Part shown: positions 1 through 8,684 of the stretch, piece after piece
How the letters are laid out: each line of letters starts with the position of its first letter
Numbering within the stretch: the stretch's first letter is position 1
Assembly (NCBI GenBank): GCA_043811535.1
Contig: JBDRNC010000028.1
Span: 64,001 to 128,000, forward strand
Length of the DNA stretch: 64,000 bases
Reading direction: 5' to 3'
Origin: Elusimicrobiota bacterium
Lineage (GTDB): Bacteria; Elusimicrobiota; Endomicrobiia; Endomicrobiales; JBDRNC01
Translations under genes and position numbers: made by a program
The notes under the pieces: generated by a model
Database searches by the model: none
What the model was told of the DNA's origin: nothing
What the model saw: the letters and a program-made list of their open reading frames with translations, nothing else

Positions 1-525
1 GATCTTATAGCAGGGGAACGGCTTGCCTTTAAGGCTGGCGAAAGCCGTGCGCGAATTGGCTAGCGTGTTTATGCGCATGCCGAACCATGCCACCGAATAA
101 CTGCCGAGAATACCTATAATGCTGCAAAGTATGATCATTCCCACTTTAAAGGCTTCTAAATGCCTTAAATAGCCAAAGTAAACCACAATTATAGCGGCAA
201 GAAGAAGTTCGAGTATTAATATGAATTTGCCCTGCGTGATAAGATAGGTTTTGCAGGTCGTGTAGATAAGTTCGGATACTTCGCTCATTGACTTGTGAAC
301 CTGCAGGGCCTTTATGCGCAGATACATGTACATGCCGAAAGCAAGCCCGAACACGCAAATTATCAACCCCCATGTAAGAAGCGCCTTGCCGGTCATCCCG
401 AAGAATAATACATCCGGGGATGAAAGGTTGGGCAGAATAAGGTCCGTCTCGCCAGCGTGAGCAAGCGCAGGCAACGCTAGCCCTAAAACATAAAATAACA
501 CATTTTTCATCAACTTTTTAAACAT
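1..525 (-). CDS. hppA: Membrane-bound H+/Na+-translocating pyrophosphatase, N-terminal part (runs off the window)
   Basis: Not in the ORF track. My translation from ATG 525 (RBS GAGGAG) gives MFKKLMKNV...HKSMSEVSELIYTTCKTYLITQGKF...GILGSYSVAWFGMRINTLANSRTAFASLKGKP, open to position 1; typical mPPase N-terminal helices. Confidence 0.9.
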   Translation of the reverse strand, partial: MFKKLMKNVLFYVLGLALPALAHAGETDLILPNLSSPDVLFFGMTGKALLTWGLIICVFGLAFGMYMYLRIKALQVHKSMSEVSELIYTTCKTYLITQGKFILILELLLAAIIVVYFGYLRHLEAFKVGMIILCSIIGILGSYSVAWFGMRINTLANSRTAFASLKGKPFPCYKI

Positions 526-664
526 ATTGACTCCTCTTGCGGATATATGATTATCCTACGTGGTACCTATATAGTGCTTAGTCGGACTATTGATAGGTTT
601 TCTGCGGTGTACAGGAATTCCAAGATATTTTATCTATTTTTGACGGAAAAAACAAGAGGCGTGA

Positions 665-751
665 AAGATGGAAGACGGAAGATCGAAGACGGAAGCAGGC
701 AGAAAAGGCTAAAGGTCTTTCCTTCCTTCTTCCAACTTCCTTCTTCCGTCT
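665..751. repeat. Inverted heptamer array (AAGAYGG x4 / CTTCCNN x4)
   Basis: AAGATGG AAGACGG AAGATCG AAGACGG ... CTTCCTT CTTCCAA CTTCCTT CTTCCGT. Confidence 0.85.
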
Positions 752-809
752 ATTTTTTAAGCACTTCGTTGATTTTTTTCCAGCATCCGGGCGGGATTGC
801 AGGATTTCA

Positions 810-1433
810 TTATTGCCCCGCTCGGTTGAATATTTTTTCCAGCGAAACTGTATCGGGAACAATAATAAAGCTGCCGTTAATCTCGGTTTCAGGCAGTTTT
901 ATGATTATATCCATTAAAAGCGCCTGGTCAACCGCCGCTATCAATTCAATAAGCAGGAAATCTATGACCGATGCCAGTTCGTCGGCCGCGTAGCGCGGCA
1001 CTGAAAGAAGCATTTTCATATCTATCATATGCGCAAGCGCGTTCAAATATGAATTCGTCATGATATTACCGAGTTCCATTAACGCTGATTTACGCATGCT
1101 GTCAAATTCCGGAGTATCGCCCGGATCGATGCCTGCCAAAAGGATATTTAAGAGCATTCCCGCCTGTTTTTCGTCAAAAATCAGCAGGATGTTGCCTTTG
1201 ATATCCCCGGAAACCTTGAAATACAATCCGATTATATTTAGGTGTTCGCCGCCGAGATGTTCGGGTATCTTAGTTACATCCACAACCTTGGTCTTGGAAA
1301 TGTTCACTATCGCTTTTTTATCCAGAAGTTCAGAAAGAGCCGCGGCCGCATGCGCCGTGCCGGCATCTATGAACTCCTTTAGAGCGTTAAGCTGAAATTC
1401 CGATAAAGTTTTCATCTGTGTTAGTTTCTTCAA
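810..1433 (-). CDS. cheC: CheC-family phosphatase-like protein (start may be ATG 1415)
   Basis: ALKEFIDAGTAHAAAALSELL and SALMELGNIMTNSYLNALA...SVP match the two CheC repeats. Confidence 0.8.
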   Translation of the reverse strand: MKKLTQMKTLSEFQLNALKEFIDAGTAHAAAALSELLDKKAIVNISKTKVVDVTKIPEHLGGEHLNIIGLYFKVSGDIKGNILLIFDEKQAGMLLNILLAGIDPGDTPEFDSMRKSALMELGNIMTNSYLNALAHMIDMKMLLSVPRYAADELASVIDFLLIELIAAVDQALLMDIIIKLPETEINGSFIIVPDTVSLEKIFNRAGQ

Positions 1434-1461
1434 GCCTGATATCTATTCGCTGGTTCCTGCG

Positions 1462-2211
1462 TTATAAAGAAGTCGTCCCTAGAAATCCGATAATATCCCC
1501 CTGAGTGTTCTTCATTATCGTCCCGCTAAAAAGCACTTTAATATCCCTGCCGTCCTTTGTGAGAAGGACCATGGGATACTCCCTGACTTGATTCTGCTTC
1601 ATCAATTCATCCCACGACGTCAGCTTGAACTCTTTGCTGAATATGGACTGAATCGGGACTTTCACAAGCTCTTGCTCGGTGTATCCGAGCAGATTTTCCA
1701 TGGCTTTGTTTATTTTCTTGATGCAGCCTTCCGAATCCGTGGCAACCACAGTGTACACAAGGTTCTTGACTATCGTTTCAGTGAATTCTTTCTCTTCCTT
1801 CAGTTCCTGCATCAGCCTTTGATTCTCTTTTGTCAGGTTATACTTGTTGTACGCATTCTTGAGCATGCCCTTGAGTTCCTCGAGCACTACAGGTTTCATA
1901 AGGTAACCAAACGCGCCGATGTTTAGCGATTTTATAGCGGTTTCCATTGTCGCGTTTGCAGTCAGCATTATCACGATGGTTTCGGGATATTCCTTTTTTA
2001 CGAAATTCAGCAGTTCCATCCCGTCTATGCCGGGCATCATTATGTCGCTCAGGACTACCGGAAAGCCGCCCGGATTGGCCTTGAGTACGCCGAGTGCCTC
2101 AGCCGCACTTCCCGCCGTAGTGACCGCGTATTGCTCAAGTACGAGTGCCTTCTCCAGATACTCCCTTATGCTTTCGTCATCGTCAACTATCAAAACTTTT
2201 TTCTTATCCAT
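1462..2211 (-). CDS. Response regulator receiver + PAS domain protein, no output domain
   Basis: LIVDDD, VLSDIMMPG, YLMKP receiver motifs, then coiled linker and PAS (VVATDSEG..INKAME.LLGY). Confidence 0.85.
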   Translation of the reverse strand: MDKKKVLIVDDDESIREYLEKALVLEQYAVTTAGSAAEALGVLKANPGGFPVVLSDIMMPGIDGMELLNFVKKEYPETIVIMLTANATMETAIKSLNIGAFGYLMKPVVLEELKGMLKNAYNKYNLTKENQRLMQELKEEKEFTETIVKNLVYTVVATDSEGCIKKINKAMENLLGYTEQELVKVPIQSIFSKEFKLTSWDELMKQNQVREYPMVLLTKDGRDIKVLFSGTIMKNTQGDIIGFLGTTSL

Positions 2212-2406
2212 GCTGCGCTCCTAAATTGGCACCACATCTGATTTCAGCATTATCCTGTCGTCTCCCAGCACCGTGGCGCCACTGAATATTTTCTCGTTCC
2301 CGGATATTCCGGAAAGCGTTTTATAGCTATTTTCTGTTTTATACACATAAAAAACTATCCTAGACTTACTTTTTCATACGATATTATAGCAATTATTTAC
2401 ATCCGC

Positions 2407-2452
2407 AAGAAAGAAAAAGAGCCCGTTAGGCTATTGCCTAATTAGGCTCTTT
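2407..2452 (-). terminator. Probable intrinsic terminator
   Basis: Hairpin AAAGAGCC..TTAGGC-TATT-GCCTAA..GGCTCTTT with a T-rich tail on the minus strand, downstream of the 2518-2766 gene. Confidence 0.65.
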
Positions 2453-2517
2453 AAAAGCATTTTCGAGGTTCAAGCCCCTTCGATTACACTCAGGGTCCCT
2501 CAAAATCCTTTACAGGC

Positions 2518-2766
2518 TTATCTTTTCTTTTTGCCTTTGCCTTTGCCGCGGCGAACCATCTTCGCGCGGGAAACGTCGCCGGATTTGTCAAGGAAATAGA
2601 GATAACCATCCGCCTTGTCTACTCCGACTTTCGCTACTTTCTCCACCTTTCCGCCCTTCTTGCCGCCGCGGGCCATTTTCGCACGGGAGACATCGCCTGC
2701 CTTATCGATGAAGTAAAGATAGCCGTCTACTCTTTTTACTCCTACCTTCGTAACTTTTTCTGACAT
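2518..2766 (-). CDS. Small basic protein with two tandem ~40-aa repeats, function unknown
   Basis: EKVxKVGV...DGYLYFxDKxGDVSRAKM occurs twice; RBS GGAGGTG; K/R-rich tail. Confidence 0.85.
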   Translation of the reverse strand: MSEKVTKVGVKRVDGYLYFIDKAGDVSRAKMARGGKKGGKVEKVAKVGVDKADGYLYFLDKSGDVSRAKMVRRGKGKGKKKR

Positions 2767-2806
2767 ATTGTTTCACCTCCTTTCCTATTAAGGATTATTA
2801 TACAAA

Positions 2807-3985
2807 CTATTTTTTTTCAGCGTTTTGAGACGTTTCCCGTTCCGGCGCGGCGTCCACAGGGCCGCCGTTCTTCTCGGGATAGACAAAAACCTTGCCTTCG
2901 TAATTTTTTATGATTATTCCTTTGCGGTTCCGCGATATTATGTGATCGGGATTGATCGGAACCTTGCCCCCGCCGCCCGGCGCGTCTATCACGAATGTCG
3001 GCACCGCGTAGCCCGTCGTGTGGCCCTGCAACGCTTCCATTATCCTGATGCCGGCGGATATGGATGTCCTGAAATGCTCGGTCCCGTGGGCAAGGTCGCA
3101 CTGGTAAAGATAATAGGGCCGCACTCTGATCATAAGCAGTTCATGCATCAGTTTCATGATCACCGCCGGCTTATCGTTGATGCCTTTTAAAAGAACCGTC
3201 TGGCTTCCCATCGGGATCCCCGCGTCCGCAAGCATAAGACACGCTTTTTTTGTCTCTTCGGAAATCTCCTTGGGATGGTTGAAATGGACACTCAAATAAA
3301 GCGGCTGGTACTTCCGAAGCACCCCCAACAACTCAAGATTTATCCTCTGCGGGAGAGTGACGGGAACTCTTGTCCCTATCCGTATTATCTCAATATGCTC
3401 TATGCTCCTGAGTTTAAAAAGAAGCTGTTCGAGCTTTGTGTCAGAGAGCAGTAACGGGTCGCCGCCTGAAATGAGGACATCCCGTATTTTCTTGTTCTGC
3501 CTTATATAGCTGAGCGCCTGTTCCAGATGCGTGTTTGAAAGCGTGTCTTCGGACGTCCCGACTATCCTTCTGCGCGTGCAATGCCTGCAGTACATCGCGC
3601 ACGCGTCCGTGACAAGAAGCAGGACCCTGTCGGGATACCGGTGCACGAGGCCCGGAGCCACGGTGTCGCGCTCTTCTCCGCAAGGATCCGCAAGTTCGTT
3701 TATGCTGGTCTTGAATTCGTCCAGCGCTGGAACAGCCTGCCTGCGTATCGGGCATTCAGGATCGTTCTTGTCCATAAGGCTCACAAAATGAGGCGTTATG
3801 GCCATCTTGAGCCTGCCGGCGGAATACTGTATCGCCCTTTTTTCTTCAACGGAAAGATTCAGCCACTTCTCAAGCTCCTGTAGAGTGGTTATCCTGTGTT
3901 TCAGTTGCCACTTCCAGTCGCTTCTGTTTTCAATGCCGAATCTTTTATTATCCGGCTGGCTTGTTTTGGCGTCGGGAGCGCTCAT
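2807..3985 (-). CDS. kamA: KamA-family radical SAM/PLP enzyme (lysine 2,3-aminomutase-like)
   Basis: DWKWQL, HRYPDR, CAMYCRHC (CxxxCxxC), SGGDPL, YYLYQCD, PGGGGKVP. Confidence 0.9.
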   Translation of the reverse strand: MSAPDAKTSQPDNKRFGIENRSDWKWQLKHRITTLQELEKWLNLSVEEKRAIQYSAGRLKMAITPHFVSLMDKNDPECPIRRQAVPALDEFKTSINELADPCGEERDTVAPGLVHRYPDRVLLLVTDACAMYCRHCTRRRIVGTSEDTLSNTHLEQALSYIRQNKKIRDVLISGGDPLLLSDTKLEQLLFKLRSIEHIEIIRIGTRVPVTLPQRINLELLGVLRKYQPLYLSVHFNHPKEISEETKKACLMLADAGIPMGSQTVLLKGINDKPAVIMKLMHELLMIRVRPYYLYQCDLAHGTEHFRTSISAGIRIMEALQGHTTGYAVPTFVIDAPGGGGKVPINPDHIISRNRKGIIIKNYEGKVFVYPEKNGGPVDAAPERETSQNAEKK

Positions 3986-4170
3986 TGTGAGTCTTATAAT
4001 CTCCTCTCGGAAAATTTCCCCCTTGAAGCTCCGCCCCGGTTCCCCGGGGCGCTTGAATAAGTCTTCCCCTCTAAGCTGAAATCCACCGAAGCGACGCTGT
4101 CTATCTACGGACTAACGCGCCCTTCTGAAGATTTAGCAGAGGCGGATTAAAAGAACTTCGCGTGTCGGTA

Positions 4171-4425
4171 CTACTGGCCCGATGTCTCTTTGTCTTTGTT
4201 AAAGAACGGAAGCGCCGGCTCTTCTTTTTTCGTTATGATCCTTTCCTTGAGCCAGGAATCTACGACTTCTTTCGAAAAACGGTACTGACGTCCGATCCTT
4301 GAAGCCGGTATTTTTTTCTGTCGTATCAAACTGTAAATCTTGGATTTGCCTATTCCAAGATATTCCGAGAGTTCCTTGATGTCCATGACCTGATTGAACT
4401 CTCTTTTAACACCGCTTTGTTCCAT
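4171..4425 (-). CDS. Excisionase-family (HTH_17-like) DNA-binding protein
   Basis: MDIKELSEYLGIGKSKIYSLIRQKKIPASRIGRQYRF. Confidence 0.85.
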   Translation of the reverse strand: MEQSGVKREFNQVMDIKELSEYLGIGKSKIYSLIRQKKIPASRIGRQYRFSKEVVDSWLKERIITKKEEPALPFFNKDKETSGQ

Positions 4426-4466
4426 ATTTTATCACCTTGTGGCTTATTTTTCTTTTATCTGTTATT

Positions 4467-4495
4467 AGTATACATTAAGTGTTATTATTTGTCAA
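4467..4495 (-). promoter_or_regulatory. Sigma70-type promoter for HTH-kamA
   Basis: TTGACA-17 nt-TATACT on the minus strand. Confidence 0.7.
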
Positions 4496-4620
4496 GAGCT
4501 GTTAACAAAAAATATTTCATGTCATATAGAGCCATTGCGGGTTATATAAAATCAACAAGTGCTATTTACTCCTATCCTTTGCTGTTTGGAAGCAGAAAAG
4601 GATACATATATGTAGGGCAA

Positions 4621-4689
4621 ATGGCTAAATCGTTAAATGGCCAAATTGCTAAAGACTTTAACCATTTAGCAATCTAACCATTTAACAAT
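4621..4689. repeat. Inverted octamer array (ATGGCTAA family)
   Basis: ATGGCTAA ATCGTTAA ATGGCCAA ATTGCTAA agac TTTAACCA TTTAGCAA TCTAACCA TTTAACAA. Confidence 0.9.
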
Positions 4690-4694
4690 GTTGT

Positions 4695-5507
4695 TTAAAT
4701 TATTTTTATCTCGATTATTCTGTCCAGGCGGAAGGTGCGTTCTTCACTGCGCAGTTCGCAGTGTGCGACAAGGTACGCGCAGTTCTGGCGGAGGATAACT
4801 TCCTTCGGGGTAAGAATTCTTTCTGTCGCGACGCCGGCGCTTGAAATATACTTTACGGCAATCTTTGATTTGTTCTTCAGGGCTTCTTCCAGCAGCGGCG
4901 GCAGTCCGATCTGTTTTGCTTTTATCATGGCGCCGTTCATTTTCATGTTCCGGAAAAAAAGTTTCTCTATGTCCTCAACGCCTCTTTTTTCCAGTTCCGA
5001 CATCATATACGCGAATATCTTCTGCGTCGCGCTCGCGTCAGCCAGCGCCCTATGCGCCTCGTTCATCTCAATATGAAGGCCGTAAGCAATATTGCCCAGG
5101 CTGTTGGAAGAGAAATTGAAATACCTGCGCGCGATCCTCAGCGTGTCTATCACGCGGAATTCCGCGGGAGCAATGCCGCACTTCTCAAATTCCGAATTCA
5201 GAAAACTTAGGTCGAACGGGGCGTTGTGGCACACGACGATGGCATCCGATATTATGGACTGCACTTTATCCGCGATTTCTCTGAACTTGGGGGCTTTCGC
5301 AGCCATCTTATCGTTGATCCCGTGGACATTCATGGCCCCGCTTGAGATAGGCCTTTCCGGATTGACCAGGCTCTGCCACTCGGAGTCCACGTCATGCCCG
5401 ATGGTCCTTACAATGCCTATCTCGCAGATCCGGTCATCGTAGAAAGCCGACAGACCGGTGGTCTCCACGTCCAGAAAAGCGAAAACCCGCTCTTTTATTC
5501 TGTGCAT
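4695..5507 (-). CDS. DEDDh (DnaQ-like) 3'-5' exonuclease fused to a C-terminal WYL domain
   Basis: FLDVETTG, HNAPFD, AHRALADA; C-terminal YLVAHCELRSEERTFRLDRI. Confidence 0.88.
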   Translation of the reverse strand: MHRIKERVFAFLDVETTGLSAFYDDRICEIGIVRTIGHDVDSEWQSLVNPERPISSGAMNVHGINDKMAAKAPKFREIADKVQSIISDAIVVCHNAPFDLSFLNSEFEKCGIAPAEFRVIDTLRIARRYFNFSSNSLGNIAYGLHIEMNEAHRALADASATQKIFAYMMSELEKRGVEDIEKLFFRNMKMNGAMIKAKQIGLPPLLEEALKNKSKIAVKYISSAGVATERILTPKEVILRQNCAYLVAHCELRSEERTFRLDRIIEIKII

Positions 5508-5551
5508 TCCGCTATTTATAGCAAAATGTTAACGAACGGTCAAATAACGAG

Positions 5552-5626
5552 GGGCTAGGGCTTAGGGAATAGAGAATAGGGAATTGAAAGGTCCTTCTAT
5601 TCTCTGGTCGCTATTCACTACTCCCT
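5552..5626. repeat. Inverted heptamer array (GGAATAG / CTATTCY)
   Basis: GGGCTAG GGCTTAG GGAATAG AGAATAG GGAATTG aaaggtcctt CTATTCT CTGGTCG CTATTCA CTACTCC. Confidence 0.85.
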
Positions 5627-5640
5627 CTCAAAAAAAATCC

Positions 5641-5704
5641 TTGACATCCCCGCCCCCGTCTGCTATAATAATGACTGATTAGTCAGTCAGTGACCCGCTG
5701 GTCA
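5641..5704 (+). promoter_or_regulatory. Consensus sigma70 promoter with probable TetR operator(s)
   Basis: TTGACA(5641)-17-TATAAT(5664) with extended TG; palindrome TGACTGA-TTAG-TCAGTCA at 5672-5689 and TGAC-N6-GTCA at 5691-5704. Confidence 0.8.
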
Positions 5705-5799
5705 TAGAATCTCCCTGCAGTATTGCTCGTTACAATTCAAATATATGAAGTGCGTAATCCCGCCTAACCGCGGGATATACCTTATTAACGGAGTATATC

Positions 5800-6390
5800 A
5801 TGGTTAAACCCAAAAAATGGAACCCGGAAATCAAGAAACAACAGATCATTGAAGCCGCCATCAAGGTGCTCAACAAAAAAGAGTACTTCCGCGTGCCAGT
5901 TGACGAAGTGGCAAAACAGGCGGGCGTAGCTAAAGGAACTATTTACCTATACTTCAAGAGCAAAGAAGAGATTTATTTTTCAGTTCTTTTTGCATTAATG
6001 GATAAACTAATTGAAATCATTGACAGCGTCAGGAAAACTGAAATTTCCGCCACTAAACAGTTGGCTATGCTGCTGGAAAAAATGGTGGACTTTACTTCGA
6101 GCCACAGACAGATATTCAATGCTCTAAGGAGTGAAGTTGGACCTCATAAGGATAAATTCCATAACGCGCTCCTGAAGAAAATGTTTGAAATAAATCAGTC
6201 CATGAGCGAAATTGTAAGAAACGGGATACTGAACAATGAGTTTAAGGATTATCCTCCGGCTCTCATTAGCGGAGTTTTCTTCTCCGCTACCACGCTGATA
6301 TTTCACCAGCAGATAGAACAAGATAAGACTTTCCCGCCGATACCGCCCGATATGCTTTTTGAGATACTGCTGAAAGGATTCGGCAAATGA
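5800..6390 (+). CDS. TetR/AcrR family regulator
   Basis: VDEVAKQAGVAKGTIYLYFKSKEEI. Confidence 0.93.
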   Translation: MVKPKKWNPEIKKQQIIEAAIKVLNKKEYFRVPVDEVAKQAGVAKGTIYLYFKSKEEIYFSVLFALMDKLIEIIDSVRKTEISATKQLAMLLEKMVDFTSSHRQIFNALRSEVGPHKDKFHNALLKKMFEINQSMSEIVRNGILNNEFKDYPPALISGVFFSATTLIFHQQIEQDKTFPPIPPDMLFEILLKGFGK

Positions 6391-7697
6391 AGAATACATC
6401 TATATTAAGAAAATCATTGTTCGTTTTGTTCGTATTGCTGCCTGTTTCGGCATTTTCACTGGACATCGACGAAAAAAAAGCCGTCGACTTCGCTCTTCAG
6501 AACAGCAGGGATATCAGGACCGCGGAACAGTCGCTGATAGCGGCTGACGGCAGGATCTTTGAGGGATTCTCGGGATTCCTGCCCAAAATAAACGCCGGGC
6601 TTACCTACACAAAACTAAGCGAGCCGACGTTTAATCTTACCGGATCGATGTCGGCGCTCGCTTCGTCCTTAAGCCCCGCGATGACGTCCGAAGAGCTCTA
6701 CGGCGCTTCGCTTTCGGTCTCACAGCCGGTGTTCATGTGGGGCAGGATATACCAGGTGAACAAACAGGCGCATATCAATTACGCTATAACGAAAGAAAAA
6801 TACAACCAGACAAAAAATGACGTCGTGTACAGGGCCAAGGAAAATTATTACAGGACCGTTCTCGCCCGCGAGCTTCTCGGCATAGCTAAAGAGGCGCTCC
6901 GGCTGACGCAAGACCGTTATGAAATAACGCAGAAGCTTTACTCCGAAGGCAAGGCATCCACTTATGACGTTTCCAGGACAAAGGTGGCCATGGCGAACGC
7001 CAAAGTTGGGGTGCTCAAGGCCGAAAACGGTTTTGTGCTGGCAAAAGAAGCCCTTAAATCTTTTCTTACCGTGGAAGAAGACATAAATATCACGGGAAGC
7101 ATGAATATCGAAAACACCGGTTACTCTCTTGATGATATGCTCCAGACGGCGCTCTCCTCGCGTCCCGAGATCAAACAGCTGGCTTACCAGCAGAAACTCG
7201 GGAAGAGTCTCTTGTCTCTGAGCAAGGCGGACAATAAACCCATGATTAGCGCCAGTTATTCCTACACGGCGCAGTCCGCAAAGCTTTCTGAAGACTTTGA
7301 CAGCTGGGACAAGAAGTGGCAGGCAGGGCTGGCTCTTTCATGGCCTATTTTCGACGGGCTTTCGAGCTACGGCAAGGTCAAACAGGCAAAAGCGGGTTTC
7401 GAGCAGATACTGCTCGCGGACAAATCGGTCACGGAAGGCATAAAACTTGAGGTGCGCTCCGTTTACCAGAATTTCATGCAGGCGAAACAGAGCATAGAGG
7501 CGCAGAAAGAAAACGTCCAGCTGGCCAAGGACAACCTTGAGATCGCCCAGAAAAGATACTCTCTCGGCCTTATGTCATATATTGAACTGCAGGACGTCCA
7601 TTTCGCGTTTTCCCAGGCCGAGACAAATTACGAACAGTCGCTGTACGACTATAACATTGCAATAGCCGCAATCAAGAAAGTTACGGGAACATATTAA
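6387..7697 (+). CDS. TolC-family outer membrane efflux protein
   Basis: Signal peptide, FLPKINA, LSWPIFDG, OEP-type helical repeats. Confidence 0.9.
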   Translation: MKNTSILRKSLFVLFVLLPVSAFSLDIDEKKAVDFALQNSRDIRTAEQSLIAADGRIFEGFSGFLPKINAGLTYTKLSEPTFNLTGSMSALASSLSPAMTSEELYGASLSVSQPVFMWGRIYQVNKQAHINYAITKEKYNQTKNDVVYRAKENYYRTVLARELLGIAKEALRLTQDRYEITQKLYSEGKASTYDVSRTKVAMANAKVGVLKAENGFVLAKEALKSFLTVEEDINITGSMNIENTGYSLDDMLQTALSSRPEIKQLAYQQKLGKSLLSLSKADNKPMISASYSYTAQSAKLSEDFDSWDKKWQAGLALSWPIFDGLSSYGKVKQAKAGFEQILLADKSVTEGIKLEVRSVYQNFMQAKQSIEAQKENVQLAKDNLEIAQKRYSLGLMSYIELQDVHFAFSQAETNYEQSLYDYNIAIAAIKKVTGTY

Positions 7698-7698
7698 T

Positions 7699-7778
7699 AA
7701 TTTCAAATTGCATATTCCAAATTTCAAATTAAAGACCCGGCGTTGTTAATTTGTAATCTGTAATTTGTAATCTGAAAT
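7699..7778. repeat. Inverted heptamer array (AATTTCA / AATYTGT)
   Basis: AATTTCA AATTGCA TATTCCA AATTTCA ... AATTTGT AATCTGT AATTTGT AATCTGA. Confidence 0.85.
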
Positions 7779-7796
7779 CCATTTAAGGGAGTCATC

Positions 7797-8684
7797 ATGA
7801 CAACAAGAAAAAAAGTATTTCTGTTCATCGGGATTTTTGTGGCGCTGATCGTAGGTTTCAGGGCGTTCAGGGCGTTTCACGCCAAACCGGTAAAAATCGA
7901 ATATCTTCTTCCGGTCAAGGTCTCTAAACTCGCGGTCAAAGATCTTGAAGAACTGATCAATCTGACCGGAGACGTGAGAGGCGTTTCGGAAGCAAAGGTC
8001 TATTCCAGCGTGCCGGGAAAGCTCCTTGAAAAAAAGAAAGACATCGGAGACATCGTATACAAAAACGACGTTATCGCGATGGTTGACCGCGACGAACCCG
8101 CCCTTGAATTCAAGGCCTCCGAAGTCAAATCGCCGCTTGATGGCGTTATCACTCATTACTTCCTTGATGTGGGAGAGGCCGTCAGCCCGCAGACCCCGGT
8201 TTTTGAAGTCGCTACGGTGGACAGGGTCAAAATAGTTACCAATATTTCCGAAAAAGACATTCCCAAAGTCAAAAAAGGGCTACGCGTGAGATTTTCCGTA
8301 GACGCCTATCCCGAAAATACTTTCCCCGGAACAGTGTCAAAGATCGGGCAGTCCATAGACCTTCAGTCGCGCACGGCGCAGGTGGAGATAGCGGTTTCAA
8401 ACGAGAACAGCCTGCTCAAGCCGGGCATGTTCGCAAAACTTGAAATCATCGTCTCTGTCCGCACGGGCTGCCTGACGCTGCCCGCAGACGCTGTAGGCGA
8501 ATCTGATGCGCAAAGATACGTTTACATCATCAAGGATTTCATCGCATACAAGAAAATAATCAAGACCGGCGTTTCTCAGGGCCCTTATATTCAGGTCCTT
8601 GAAGGAATTTCCGCGGCGGATGATGTCGCGGTGCTCGGATGGCAGAACTTGCGCGAAGGAATGAAAGTGGAGGTCGTGGAATGA
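7797..8684 (+). CDS. RND efflux periplasmic adaptor (MFP)
   Basis: N-terminal anchor, VKSPLDGVI, LKPGMFA. Confidence 0.9.
   Translation: MTTRKKVFLFIGIFVALIVGFRAFRAFHAKPVKIEYLLPVKVSKLAVKDLEELINLTGDVRGVSEAKVYSSVPGKLLEKKKDIGDIVYKNDVIAMVDRDEPALEFKASEVKSPLDGVITHYFLDVGEAVSPQTPVFEVATVDRVKIVTNISEKDIPKVKKGLRVRFSVDAYPENTFPGTVSKIGQSIDLQSRTAQVEIAVSNENSLLKPGMFAKLEIIVSVRTGCLTLPADAVGESDAQRYVYIIKDFIAYKKIIKTGVSQGPYIQVLEGISAADDVAVLGWQNLREGMKVEVVE

Noticed and set aside
547..993. ORFs 547-993 and 587-862 (also 4417-4677 and 32966-33274)
   Set aside because: They are translations through intergenic repeat arrays, with low-complexity products and no convincing RBS.
3986..4114. N-terminal extension of KamA or an HTH-KamA readthrough fusion
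   Set aside because: The frame is open for 42 codons upstream but has no ATG, GTG or TTG before a TAG, and the HTH gene is in a different frame.
4171..4425. Prophage or ICE excisionase
   Set aside because: No integrase, att site or phage genes nearby; more likely a stand-alone regulator.
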